DNA from: Lama glama
Lineage: Eukaryota
Direction: 5' to 3'
NCBI GenBank assembly: GCA_028534125.1
Contig: CM052816.1
Location: 95,916,001-95,980,000 of the forward strand
DNA: 64,000 nucleotides
Shown piece after piece: positions 1 through 12,499 of the stretch (the stretch's first letter is position 1; every line of letters begins with the position of its first letter). The notes under the pieces were generated by a model that made no database searches, was not told the origin of the DNA, and was given only the letters and a program-made list of their open reading frames with translations. Position numbers and translations under genes: made by a program.

Positions 1-1473
1 GTTTCATCTTGAACAGAATGGTGCACTTAATAGCAATTTTAAGAATACTTTTATTCAGCAAAGCTTCTTATTGGAAAGAAATGAATTTATAGCCTCAAAA
101 GAGAAATTTTAGCAAAGGTTAGGAGGATGGCAAGGTATGCTATTTTCTGCCCTTTTGTTCCCTTGCGATTCAGCCTTCCGTCCGTCCTCCACCCACACTG
201 ATTGAGGAAGAGCCTGTGCCTCCTGGCGTGCGAGCTCCCCTTCCCTGGCAAGAGCTTGGGAATCAGCAGGAGGCGGACAAAGACATCTGGAAATCACAGG
301 TAGGCTAGTTATCAAGTCACACTTCTTGTCTTTCCATCCAGAAGTGGGGGAGCCCTGCACCAAGGCAGATGCAAGCTGAATGAATGGGGAGACTGCAGAG
401 ACACACAGTGGAAGCGAATTAATCCACCGACTAAGAAAAATAAGCTAGCGATGACTTCTTCTACAAGTTTGCAAAAAGCAACAGTTCCAATGGAGATGAT
501 GTGAACAGAAAAAGATTTTTCTCACGTTGTATCGAAGAATCTGTTTCAGTTAGCTTGTCTGGAGAGCTAGAAAACTCAGAGGTTTGAAACTGGGAAGGAT
601 GAACTATCTAGTTTTCTCTTCCAGCCCATCAACATTACACCATTTTTAAAAATGAAACCAGGACAGGACAGTGTGATGAGTCCTCCTAACACTGCCGATT
701 AACTTTTGTCAGTTATGCCTTTAACCTAAGGAGAAGGATACAGGATGAGAAATAAGTATTGATTCTCCTATAGAAAATGCCAGAAGGAAGTCGCACACTT
801 ATTTTTGTTAACATAAGAAATAAGCCATAGGTTTCTCTTCTCCCAGTAATTCAGAAATTGCACTCTGCTGAAGCATGGATGCCCCTCAATTTAATGTAAG
901 TTGTACCAATATTAACTGAAGGGAAATCTGGAATTGGGGAAACAGACACTGTGGATAATAGAATTCCTTCCTCACAAGGCATCTACCTAGTTCCCTAACT
1001 CAGGTAAGACGCCACCTGAGGCATCCCAATTAAAAGAGCAAAGTTGTCACTTATCTCCAAAAGAATTCTCCCCCCACCAAGTCTGTGTTCTAGTTTCTTC
1101 ATAAAATAGGAACTGTGGGAAGTTGGATAACTTATTTCCATCTTATGGGAACGGGCCAGCTTTCTGGAACACTGCTGTATTTGCCAGCATAGAGACACAC
1201 CCTTTTTTGTTTTGCCAAAGACAAGTAAAAAATAGGTTGTCCTTTGTTGTAATGCAGATGCCTGTAAGAGCTTAATGCTCCATAAGAAAAAGTAAGAATT
1301 GGGAGACTGATACTTAATAAATCAGAATACCAATTTAAAACACAACTCTGTTATGTGTATTTTCTAAATAAGGGAGCAAGTAGACAGGGGAGAGGAAGTG
1401 AAATGTCAAACGAGAGGAAGAGGGAAGAGAAAAGTCATGGAGGAAGACATGAGAATTAAATAGAAGGAGAAAC

Positions 1474-2482
1474 GTTCTCAGTAACCTTGGGCTCCCCAGC
1501 AAACACTCTCTAACAGCAGACACATGCTTCTCACACTTCCAGAGGCTGAGAAGTCCAAGCACAAGGCGCTGGCAGATCTGGTATCTGGTGAGGCTCTGAG
1601 CTCTGGTTCAGAGACAGCCCATTTCTCCCTGTGTCCTCATGTGGCAGAAGCGGAGAGGGAGCTCTGGGACCTCTTTTATCAGGGAACCCATCCCTTTCAC
1701 AGGGGCGTAATGGAGCAGACCCTGTGAGGTCTTCCCAGGACAGAGCCCCCACCATATCCTCTGTCTGCCTCTTGTCTGTAGAGAAACTTTAGTCAACAAT
1801 ATATTTAATCAGGGAAGTGAGAAAATGCAGAAGCAAAGGAAAGCCGTCAAATAAGACAAAATAATAATAGGTTGCCATCAAGCAAAATCGAGGATCCTTA
1901 GTTCCTCCTCCAGGGCTATAGATAATGCTCTGAGCCATATCCTTTGAGCTGTTTTACAGACACTGAAACGCTTCCAGGTGGAAAAGTTAACTACTTAATG
2001 ACCAGACGTAGGCTGTTCTATCTTGCACAATTCCAAGAACTGGTCTCAAGGAAATGAGAAAAAACCAAGGTTGGACTTGAGATTAACTGTACTTAAAACA
2101 ATCAAGGTGACACTGATCAGACCACCACATGACTAATTTCAAGACGATTATCAGAGCTGACTGTGCTGTTCTGCACATAGCCCCCTCCCTCTGTGTATCC
2201 CTGAAACTCCCCTTTAAAATTCTTCCCCCTACGGCTCCCCTTGATTGGCGGGGGGGGGGGGGGTTGGGACATGAGTCCACCTTCTCCCCAGATGGCCAGC
2301 TTCCTCATTAAAGCCATCTTTCCTTTTACTCAACACTTGTCTCTCAGTATTAGGTCAGTATCAAGGGCTCCACCCTCATGACATAATCACTTCCTAAAGA
2401 CGCCATCCCTAAATACCATCACACTGAGGATGAAGCTTCCATGTAAGAATTCTGGAGGGACATCAACATTCCATCCAGAGCA
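1474..2482 (-). mobile_element. ERVL-MaLR solo LTR (MLT1A/MLT1A0-like), split by a younger LTR
   Basis: Left part ttctcacacttccagaggctgagaagtccaag...tgtgtcctcatgtggcagaag...ctcttttatcaggg and right part agggctccaccctcatgacataatcac...aacattccatccagagca match the two halves of the recalled reverse MLT1A consensus. Confidence 0.85.
1706..2363 (+). mobile_element. ERV1-like solo LTR (~660 bp) inserted in the MLT1A
   Basis: Starts (c/t)gtaa and ends tca. TATA-like tttaaaa ~2213, ATTAAA 2307-2312 followed by a pyrimidine-rich U5-like segment. Near 4-bp TSD gggg (1702-1705) / aggg (2364-2367). Confidence 0.7.
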
Positions 2483-2710
2483 AGACATGAGGGCAGTGGT
2501 GAGAAGGAGGAGGGGGAAGCAGAGACTAAATGTAGAGAAGCTGGCAGTAGCCAGGGAGCGAGGGAAGAGGGTCAGGAAACACTGAGAATGAACATAGAGA
2601 GAGGTTAGTGGACACTCTCCCTGCCCACCACCCCCAGCCCCCACCATTGCCTCTGGAGTAGGTTACACCATGTTGTCATTAGGCCCCACAACACTGACTT
2701 CCCTGGAGAG

Positions 2711-2807
2711 TTATTCATCCAGCAAATATTTACAGGTGGCCACTCTTTGCCAGGTCACGGTCAGGTGCGGGGCTCCATCGGTGAGGCTCATATTGTGAAG
2801 TGAGACA
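2711..2807 (-). mobile_element. L2 3' end fragment
   Basis: attcatccagcaaatatttacaggtggccactctttgccagg resembles the reverse L2 terminus. Confidence 0.55.
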
Positions 2808-2950
2808 CGTAATGCTTTCACCGCTGGGAAACACGTTTTGTTTTCATTATAAAATTCTGGAGTTTATATTGTAAATAAGGATTATTTTACCCCAGATTTC
2901 TTAAGCTTTTGCATTCATAGGAATGATTAAGGGTTTAAAATCGTAGTTTG

Positions 2951-3450
2951 NNNNNNNNNNNNNNNNNNNNNNNNNNNNNNNNNNNNNNNNNNNNNNNNNN
3001 NNNNNNNNNNNNNNNNNNNNNNNNNNNNNNNNNNNNNNNNNNNNNNNNNNNNNNNNNNNNNNNNNNNNNNNNNNNNNNNNNNNNNNNNNNNNNNNNNNNN
3101 NNNNNNNNNNNNNNNNNNNNNNNNNNNNNNNNNNNNNNNNNNNNNNNNNNNNNNNNNNNNNNNNNNNNNNNNNNNNNNNNNNNNNNNNNNNNNNNNNNNN
3201 NNNNNNNNNNNNNNNNNNNNNNNNNNNNNNNNNNNNNNNNNNNNNNNNNNNNNNNNNNNNNNNNNNNNNNNNNNNNNNNNNNNNNNNNNNNNNNNNNNNN
3301 NNNNNNNNNNNNNNNNNNNNNNNNNNNNNNNNNNNNNNNNNNNNNNNNNNNNNNNNNNNNNNNNNNNNNNNNNNNNNNNNNNNNNNNNNNNNNNNNNNNN
3401 NNNNNNNNNNNNNNNNNNNNNNNNNNNNNNNNNNNNNNNNNNNNNNNNNN
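2951..3450. other. Assembly gap (500 N)
   Basis: Run of N seen directly. Confidence 1.
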
Positions 3451-3525
3451 TATTCTTTTTCATTAAAGGTTATTACAAGATATTGAGTATAGTTCCCTGT
3501 GTTGTACAGAAGAAATCTGTTTTCT
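3451..3525 (-). mobile_element. Young L1 3' UTR fragment running into the gap
   Basis: tattctttttcattaaaggttattacaagatattgagtatagttccctgtgttgtacag is similar to the L1 3' UTR copies at 47.8 kb and 58.4 kb in this window. Confidence 0.75.
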
Positions 3526-3869
3526 GTTTTTATAGGTAGTGGTTATCATTTGCAAATCTTTAACGTGTGAGATCATTGTAATGATGACTTTTGAGAAAAT
3601 TGCGGAGTCACCTGCAGTTGTAAGAAAATCTCCAGAAAGAACCCAGATCTGCTTTACTTGGTCTTTTTTAATGGGAACATCTTGCATTAAAGGCATCTTT
3701 CCCCCCACCCCCGACATAACGATTGAACATCTTTTCTTAACAACTTGTTAGCTGCATTTACATTTTTAAATATTTAGTAAAGTGAGCCTCTTCTTACTGT
3801 TCATTCTGTCTACAAATGTTAGGGGTTTTGTCTGTCCACAAATGTAAGAAAACCTTGTAAAACGATCTG

Positions 3870-4312
3870 CACTCCCACATTCCTTTTCTCACTATCTCTC
3901 AGACTTCTGCTCCTCCACTCCCAGTAGCTATTCTCGTCAGTTCACGTGGTGAAATCCAAATGGGCGTTTCTCCATTTAGCTGACCTCTCAGCAGCATCGA
4001 TGGATTTGATTTCTGTCTCTTCCAGGACTGCTTCCTTCTCCTGGCTTCCCGGACCTTGAGACATCCCAGCTTCCTTCTTATGTCGCTGGACACTCCTGAA
4101 TCCATTGCTGGTTCCTCCTTTCTCTCCTAATTCTGAGCCCCCAGGCTCAGTCCTCCCACTTTGATCTTCCCCATCCCTGTTCTTATCCTGTCTAATCATG
4201 GCTGAACTGAAGACTCCCAAACCCCTCTTTCCAATTTCAGACTTGCACATCCCAGCTGCCTGCCTGAGGAATACTTCGTAACATCACTGTGTGCCAAGAG
4301 AATCTCACCTCT
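3870..4312 (+). mobile_element. L2 internal fragment
   Basis: Pyrimidine-rich, with L2-type motifs tgacctctcagcagcat, ccccaggctcagtcct, gaagactcccaaa and cccagctgcctgcctga. Confidence 0.65.
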
Positions 4313-5429
4313 TAAACCAAGATAAAGATCAGCGTCATATGATAGCGAGAACTAAAATTATTTTAAGCAGTAATTACTTGACCCATTTTCTAATTGCTGC
4401 CCGGGAACTGCTAAGATCTTTTGGCTTTCATTTCTAGATTACATTTTATTTTATACATATTTATTTTATTCTTCTACTCCAGGGATAATTTGAGGTGAAT
4501 ATTTCGTCTACCTCAACATGAACTGTGTATTTTAAAATTGCATTTTCTGGTTTTACATTATTTCCAGTCATCTGTAGCTTTTAAAATTTGAATTAAAATT
4601 TATTTTGAAATATCTCACAAATCTAATCAATTTTTAAATGTTGTAAAAGTGATTTTTTTTCTCTTCAGGCTTATTTTTCTAAATTGAAAGCAGGTAGAAA
4701 CTGTTTTTATATACATATATGAAGCTTATTTCAATGTCAATACTCCAAGACGACCCTGTACGTTGATGGTTTAGATTAGTGGGAAAGTATTATTCTAAAA
4801 ATATCTGAGTAAAAATCAACCAATTTGTGCTCACGTGAACATGTGCTTAGAGCCCATGTAGCTCTGTCCAGCGTCACCGCCCTCATGGGGCAGCCAGTTA
4901 CCTAGAATGTCTAATCAATCAGGAAAAAGACTTTTCCACTAAATGAGGAGCAGATATAACTGAAGTAGGTTAAACTAGTTGAAAGTCTTTTCTATAGAAG
5001 TAAAAACTTGTTAACTATTGGCACTTCCTTCTGGTTGCACCTAATACGTACCTGTAACTCAACACACAGAGTGGTGAAATTACCAACCAACAGAACGGCT
5101 CAGAAAGAGACAATTCAGAACAAAGGTAAAAGAAAAACAAAAAGGAATGTGCAATGAGAGTCTTCAGTGGTGAGGACCAACTCAGGGGGCACTTGAGCAG
5201 AAGTGGGGCCTCTCCAAGCCCAGAGCCAAGGTGGTGTCCCGCAGCCCTCCTTGGCAGTGGGCAGTGACCAGGAGGGGCCAGCCCAGGCCAGGGGCACACA
5301 GCTGTCCTCATCTCGACCATCTCTTCAGACGTATGCCTCAGGGAAAATGGGAGTAAAATCTCTAGAGCCGTGGAATCCCAACTGATCAAGACAATATAAT
5401 CATACAAATAGCTTTTACTGTCCTTTCCA

Positions 5430-6155
5430 CTGAAAATAAAGATAACCCATGTTCATTGTGAAAAATTAAACGACAGAGAATTTCATGATGGAGAAAATGA
5501 TAACCATTCATCTGTATACCTGCTTCTACCTGTTTTGTCACGAATACTCACATAAATACGAAATAAGGACTATATATTTTACATATTGTTTCACAGCCTG
5601 TGTATTTCACCTGACAGAACATAACTATGTTATAAATAATTTTCATAAGAATGTCACCACAAGCAGTTTTCCGTGAGTTGAAATAGGCTTTGAGAAGAAA
5701 GCAAGATTCAACTGGCTCCAAACTGGCTATATGTAATGGATGGAAAAACACGTATTTGATTACACTTCTCTTGTGAGATATTTATGTTGCTTCCGTCATT
5801 TCACTGTGCGTAAGAATGCCACAGGGACAGTGTCTGTCCCCTACTTCTGTAAGCCTCTTATTACTTCTTTAAATAGATTTGGAATTAAATGTATGTTCAT
5901 TTTAAAATCTCTTGCTAAGTATTTCCCTTCATAACACTTGCACAGATTTGCATGCCCATCAGTCAGACAAACAAGAGGGCAAAATACATATTTGATCATC
6001 TTTGTCAATTTGGTAGATGAAGATATCTTACTGTTATTTAATTTTTTAGCAAAATTAATTTGTATGTTTGATATTTATTTTATCACTCCTTTGATGAATT
6101 ATCCTTCATTCAACTTTTGTTTGGGATTTTCTTTTTCTTAAGCACTCTTTATATT
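5430..6155 (-). mobile_element. Ancient L1 (L1ME-like) 3' fragment
   Basis: AT-rich, with degenerate reverse L1 3' motifs (catgttcattgtgaaaaatt, gatatttatgttgcttcc). Confidence 0.5.
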
Positions 6156-6779
6156 TAGCATCACCCAAGTGGTCCATGTCTTGATGCTATCAAGTCACCT
6201 TAGTTTTAGGGACCCAATCAATTAGAAGAGCTCAGTCACTCCAGGCTAATTGCCAGAAATCAGCTCACTCCAAAGTATCCACTCCCTTCCTATCATTTCT
6301 GGGAAACCCCAGAGGAATCCCAGCACATGCTAATAAGCCTGACTAGTGGGCTGCCATCACTGCCTGCTCTCTGACTTTCTCTCTCCATCTTGGTCTTGCT
6401 CCCACTTGTCCATGTCTGCCATTAAGACACCATATTGGGAAACCATTCAGCTGTCATCAATGGCCAAGAATATTTTTGGGAGTAAACAGAGAAACTGTCT
6501 TCTCCAAGCTGGGAAAACAGTAGTGCTGATCCTCTAAACTCTGTGGATGCCCATCCTTAGGGTGCAAGAATTTGCCAGGGTAACCTGGGGAGGGGAGGCA
6601 GAGCCCCTGTCTGTACCTAGGAGCATCTGGGATCCATCTCAATTAGCCAGATGCGCCCCGTTATACAAACACAGTAAGCCTTGTTTGTGACAAATGTTGC
6701 AAATGTTTTCTTTCAGCCTATTGCTTCTGTTACATTTTTCTTAGGTTGAAGTATGTAACTTCTACATGAACGAAGTAAG

Positions 6780-7740
6780 GAGTTGACTTCTTTTTACAGA
6801 AACGTGGTCCTCTAGGTATTCTGAAGCTCCTCCCACTGCAGAACATCAGGAAAGGCTGGATAAAAATAAACCAAACTTCTTTAACATGCAGAGTGGAGCT
6901 CCCAACAAAGTAAGGAAACTCCCGGGGGCTACAAATCAAGAAAGAATAGAAATTCCCTTGGTTGCTTTGTGTGAACTGGGAGAGAGGGCAGGTGGGGCAC
7001 ACCTACCTTGGTGACCAATGACCAAGGGGCTTAGGTTTTAATGGTCACAGGAAACAAGGCCTTGGGACGTGCAAGATGATGTGATGGCCGTTACTTCCCC
7101 CCAACCCCTCCACCCCAGAAGCCACTGATTGGCCATAGCCTCAGTGAAAGGGAATGTAAAACATCTACTCAGCAGCAAAGAGAAGATAAAGTGGTTTTTC
7201 TCCTGAGCTTATGGTGGGAAAAATTCTTCCCTTAAAAGTTATAACCATGAGATTTCTTCCATGAAGGTTTTGAGTTTGATGTTATTTTATGTGGGATGCC
7301 CCACGGAGGAAATTAACTGCAACAAAAAAATCGCCCCAGTTTGGTATCACTTCTGGGAAGCCCAAAACCTTCTCCAAGGGACATATTTTAATCCAGGACA
7401 CTCGGGGTTTCCACAGATAAAGCCCCACTGAGCACAAACTCACAATCTAACCTTAAAAACCACAACAGAGTAATCTACCATGTGCATGCGTCAGCAGAAC
7501 ACACAAACAGTAGATTTAGACACTGGAAAAATAGGATGCTAACAGCAAAATTAGCACACTTGAGATGACTAATACCACAAAAGGATATGGAAAATGGGCT
7601 CAAGGGTCTTGCAAAAGAACCACGACATTCCAACAATGAAAATTATGCCCACTGAAAATAAAAGCTTAATGGGCAAGTTAAAATATAGAGTTAAACTACT
7701 TGTATCAAAATTGTGAACTTTGAGCAGTTACCTAAAGGTC
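6780..7740 (+). mobile_element. Ancient L1/HAL1 5' UTR-ORF1 remnant
   Basis: gaagctcctcccactgcagaacatcaggaaaggctggataaaa plus an A-rich downstream tract resembling decayed ORF1. Highly diverged. Confidence 0.4.
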
Positions 7741-8029
7741 ATTCACTCATTTTAACATCATTTCAGATATAAGGAGAGCCTGGTCTGGGATCATCCAGGG
7801 TGGATGCCTAACACCTGGGAATAGAGGGAAGAGCAAATGACAGTGAAGGGTCAGGAGGCCCTAGCATTTTATATGAGGAATTTCCTGAAATTTCCTTGTT
7901 GGCAGTATCACCAATATTTCAGAGGAGGGAAATTGAAAGGTAAAAAGTATAGTTGCACTACAATTATACCTATAAACTAATTACAGTTTTTTTCTACATA
8001 TTTATGCTTCCCAGTAAAAAGACTCCATC

Positions 8030-8962
8030 ATGCGGCAAACCCTGCTCATGTTCCGCCGTATCAGCCTCCCCTTCTCCTAGAGCAATAAAAACCTTGAGTT
8101 TTGTCTGGGCACCAAGCCATGCTGAAAAATGAGTTTATTCTTTAGACTTCATTCTGAATAATGGGATTGAACAGAAATGCTGTGTGAAATCTCCCAGGAC
8201 ATATCGTCCCTCTTCCTGCCTCCTTACTGGTGAATATGGTGGTAAGAAATGTTGAACCGTGAAGACAGGGGGATCAGCAAGGTGTGGCGCAGCACCAAGG
8301 AGGAAGGACCTGGGTGCCTGAAGACCTTGTGGAGCGGAGACAGCAGTTTAGATTTTATGTGAGTAAGAAGTAAACTGTCTTCCTGCCTGAGCCACCATGA
8401 ATCTGAGTTGCGGCCACTCACACCTGAAACTAGGGGGCAGAATTCGATTCCTGGAAGGGCAATGTTGGGTTTGTGAGAACATAAAATCCATGTCATTGGC
8501 TTAGACGCAACATTTTGATAGTGGGTGGCAAAGACACAGATCGTGGTGGCTAGAAAGCTGGTGATCCTTGTTATGCGGTGACAAAACACAAGGGGACACG
8601 GTCACCTGCTGTATCCTGGGAAGGAAACCACATGCTTCAGCAACATTCAGGGAAATGATCAGACAATTCAGAATGTTGGTTTGTTCTGGATGCTATTTGA
8701 CGCACCAAGAGGTGAATTAAAACTAGAGCCAGGAGTGCCGGGTTGGGAAGGGTATAGCTCGTTGGTAGAGCTCATGTTGAACTCCGAGACATGGGAAGCC
8801 CACTAAGAATGGCAGAGCCATGGAGAGAAGGAGGCAGGCCCCTGAGACATTTGGGAAGCATTATATCATCACAGTTCTGGGTTTTTCTTTGCCTCCAGTG
8901 TTTAAGACCCTGTTATTTTGGGTCTCTGTCATACTAAGCCCAATTAAATCCTTATGACCACA
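8030..8962 (+). mobile_element. Old MaLR (MLT1J/K-like) LTR - internal - LTR remnant
   Basis: LTR-like 3' ends at ~8360-8425 (gtaaactgtcttcctgcctgagccacc) and ~8900-8962 (gtttaagaccctgttattttgggtctctgt), with internal-like sequence between. Confidence 0.5.
8745..8776 (+). mobile_element. vic-1-like tRNA-derived SINE, 5' head only
   Basis: gggaagggtatagctcgttggtagagctcatg matches the A-box head of the full copies at 25.8, 35.6 and 46.6 kb. Confidence 0.7.
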
Positions 8963-9214
8963 CATAGTGAGGCTGAGTCATCCTTGAACAATTCTTCTAT
9001 GGTCTTTGTACATCGTTTTTTTTAGCAGATCCAAGTAAATTATGAAATATCTGAAAATGGGGGACTAAATTCAAATTGATAGCCAAATCATTATTATAGA
9101 TGTGTGTGCCCCTGTGCACAAGCACGTCCCTTGGAAAGGGAAGCAGTGAGGGGTAAATTACAGCCCCTCTCGGGTAAGAAGTTAATAGGGAGGGCTGGTT
9201 TACGTGCCAAGAGA

Positions 9215-9360
9215 CCATGCATCAGATGTAGCTCTGTCCCCAACCGGCTCTGTGAATCCGGGAAGGACACATACTCGCTCCAGCCCCAGTGTCTTCATCT
9301 GTGTGATGAGCTTTAAAATCAATGATCTTGAAAATCCCTTTTGGCTCTCAAATCTTATCT
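9215..9360 (+). mobile_element. MIR/MIR3 fragment
   Basis: Core-like ctctgtgaatccggg...cagtgtcttcatctgt and tail gatcttgaaaatcccttttggctct. Confidence 0.55.
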
Positions 9361-10287
9361 TGACATTAACAAAGTAATATTAATTTTGCAGTTTCATAAT
9401 CTGCAATTATACATTCTCGCCTTCGACTCCATCTGCTTGCCGACCTCAGGAACGTGAGCCATTAAACTTGGAACAAAAACGCATAGAAGTTACGTTTGCC
9501 TTTTCATTATGAAATAAAATTAAAGTGCTGAGAGTGTTTTGTCAGTTCAAATTAACACTCGGACGTAGGAAGGCCCTGATGTTTGTGTACCGACGACAGT
9601 GAGAGATCCTTTCACTCTGCGGCTGCGTTCAGCTTTTCCCAGAACTGGGGTGTGTGTTGGGAGGGGAATTACCCTTTGAAACCAGATGAGGTTCTTTTTG
9701 AAAGAAGTCAAATAGTTTGGAGAACATTTTAATTTCCCACTCATTTTTCTAAATAAAGAGAACCACGGGGCCCAGACACCCTTACGGGGCGGCCAGGGCC
9801 CTGAGATTTTTAAGTAGCTTACTCCTTGCCTCATGCCTGGCTATTTACCCCGAGGGGGAGTCAGTCCGGACAGGTATCTTATGTTTGAGTTACTTCTAGA
9901 CATGTCCAGTCAGCCTCATCCAATCTTTGAACTGTAAGATCTGTTATTGTCCGATTACTAACGCCATCCCTGAAACCCTGCAACCTACAAGTCCTTTTGT
10001 CTCCAATCACTAAGGAACGGTATCTTGACAGGCACCAGCTTCTCCTTACAGAAAATCACAACCCCAGGCAGGCTGCATTCAATGTGGCTTGGACAAAACT
10101 CAGGACTGTCTTAAAATGTAGATTTTCCTTAAATTTGTTAAGCGGGGAAAAAGTGAGTTACCGTACAATTCAAACAGTTCTCCCACACTGTGTAACGCCA
10201 TGCTCTGAGCTTGAGCAATTTATCCAAATCCTTAGTATTTTTGTCACATTCTAAAATTGTTGGAAATGATCTAACACAGCACCATGG

Positions 10288-10430
10288 TCATTCATTTTGT
10301 GTTCATTCTACAAGCAAACATTTTTGAGCGCCTGGTAACATAAGCCACTATGTCCAGCACTGTGAATACCAAGGAGATAAAAGCTGGTTCATGTCTGAAG
10401 AGCTGATGTTCCTGAAAATGAAATTCCTGA
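10288..10430 (-). mobile_element. L2 3' end fragment
   Basis: ttcattctacaagcaaacatttttgagcgcctgg...cactgtgaatacc. Confidence 0.6.
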
Positions 10431-10548
10431 GAATAAAGACTGCAGGGGGACGAAGGTGACAGAGATTTAGTCATAGGAATGACCTGATTTTACATGAACT
10501 CTGATTGACTGTTAGGAGATAGCATGCAGGCTGTGCACTAGGCCACGG

Positions 10549-10741
10549 CAGACATCCTCAAAGGGTGGTCCCAGGACACACAGCATCCGCAGCTGCATCC
10601 TGGAGGCAGGGTAAAGATGCAAAGTCTTGGGCATCACCCGAGACGTACTGAATCAGAAACTCAGGAGAGGGCTGGGTACCAGTCTGATCTGAAAAATCCC
10701 TCTCAATGATTTTGAGACACGCTTAAATTTGAGCACCACTG
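10549..10741. mobile_element. MER5A-like hAT MITE
   Basis: ctcaaagggtggtcccaggac...tactgaatcagaaact...aaatttgagcaccactg; ~190 bp. Confidence 0.75.
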
Positions 10742-10750
10742 GGATCACCA

Positions 10751-10899
10751 GCAGTGGCCCCTCACCTGCTTTTGTAAATAAAGTGTTATTGGCGCACAAT
10801 TGATTTATCTATTACCTAGAGTTACAACAGAGACCCAGTGGCTCACAAAGCCTAAATATTTGCCACCTGGCCTTTACAGGGAATGTTCACCATCCCCGG
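10751..10899. mobile_element. MER58-like hAT MITE (partial)
   Basis: cctgcttttgtaaataaagtgttattgg...cacaaagcctaaatatttgccacctggcctttacag. Confidence 0.7.
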
Positions 10900-10904
10900 T
10901 CTAG

Positions 10905-11126
10905 CGCATAGTAGGGAGGGGGTAAAGATTCAGCCTCTGATGACAGCAGCGGCACCGTGTGAATCCCATCTTCGCCTCCTTGTTTTCTGATGGGGGCGGG
11001 GCGTTACTTAACCTGTAGTGCCTCAGTGTTCTCATCCATTGAGTGGTGGTAATAATTTCCAGCATACAGAGTTATTGTGAAGGGTCAACAGGTTAATAGT
11101 TTCAACCTTTTAGCCCAGAGCCTGGT
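10905..11126 (+). mobile_element. MIR
   Basis: gtgaatcccatcttcgcc...ttacttaacctgtagtgcctcagtgttctcatc...gttattgtgaagg. Confidence 0.75.
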
Positions 11127-11671
11127 GAGCTGGAAAGCTACTGATACATGAAAAACACACTGGAAGACCCTTGGCTGAAGACCTCCTGAGCCTCAGATGT
11201 TTGTGACTTCACTGGTGCAGTCACCATACATGGGTGAATCTCTGCACTGTGCACGAGGCTCTGGGGAGTGAAACAGGAGACGGTCCAGCCCACTCAGAGA
11301 GGGCAGCAGTGTTTGGTTTGGTGGAGGCTGGAAGACAGGGCGCAATTTTTTGGGAACAAGGTACCTATAGGCCATTTCCTTATCCGCCCAAGATCCTGAC
11401 GTGTTTCCCCGGGGTGAGTAGGGCTGAGATCACCTCCTGGGGGTAGGGAAAAGTCAAATGGATATTGTTGCAGTTCTTACGGTTGCGTAATTAAATAATC
11501 ATGTCTGTGCTGGCTGAGCTGAGAATTTAGGGTAGAGGGAGAGAAACAATTGTCAAATGGTCTTGGTGCTACTCAACGGGGATTCCTTTCTCAGTTCATA
11601 TCCTGCTGAAGGCACGCTGACTCATGCACAAAGCTGCTAAATCTGATCCTAGAAGAGAAAAGTTGTGTGTC

Positions 11672-11730
11672 TGAGAGACAGAGAGACAGAAACAGAGACA
11701 GAGACAGAGGCAGAAAAACAGGGAGAGAGA
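11672..11730. repeat. (GAGACA)n-like simple repeat
   Basis: gagagacagagagacagaaacagagacagagacagagg seen directly. Confidence 0.8.
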
Positions 11731-12104
11731 CTTCCATAATATAGGCAATTTCTAAAGTAATCAACCAGGTAGCAAACGTTTTGCAGGGGCTATTATACAT
11801 AAGCAAAATATTTTATAGAAATCAATTGATGAAAGTTGATATTTTAATGAATCTTTGGGCAAGATGAGCAAATATTAAGAATCTGCTCTGATTACACGAG
11901 GTTCTGAACAGAAAAACACGTCTCTAGATACATAAGATACTCAGAGCAAGAACTCCAGAAACAGAGATGGATAGAAAAACACGACTGGGCACTCCAGCCC
12001 ACGTTCGGTTGGATCATTTCCTCTTCAGGACTGTCAGAACCATTCACGCTTTAGAGACAGGTGAGCTTTTGTACCGACAATAACCTGAGTCAATGGTTAA
12101 CTAG

Positions 12105-12262
12105 GCTGTGTTTCAGACTCATCTGGGGAGCGTTTTCAAAATCACAGGTCTGAACTCACCCCCTAGAGACAAATTCAGTGGGTTGAGGGTCAGCCTGGCT
12201 TGTGTATGTTGAGAGACTCCTCAGGTATTTCTGATTGGTCACGCTGGTTAAGGGTGCTGATG
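12105..12262. mobile_element. MER5-like MITE
   Basis: tcatctggggagcgttttcaaaatcacagg...ctcctcaggtatttctgat. Confidence 0.6.
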
Positions 12263-12349
12263 ACCAGCCCCTTCCAGAAGAGGTTAACTGGAGATTAACA
12301 TCAAATTCCTTGGTACAATTATTCAAGCTTACTGTGCTGAGACTTGTAC

Positions 12350-12492
12350 AAGGAGTTCAGTGCAGCAGAAAGAGTATGGAGTTCGGAGCCTAACACTTCT
12401 GGGTTCCTCTGGTCATTCATTTGTGAGTTCCTTCATAGAGGCTCATTCTCTCTGAACCACATTTTCGAGCTCTGTAAAACGAATGAGGTAGT
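12350..12492 (+). mobile_element. MIR fragment
   Basis: gtgcagcagaaagagtatggagttcggag...ctctctgaaccacattttcgagctctgtaaaa. Confidence 0.6.
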
Positions 12493-12499
12493 GAGTGTC

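Noticed and set aside
2927..3466. ORFs of 172-178 aa
   Set aside because: Artefacts of translating the N gap.
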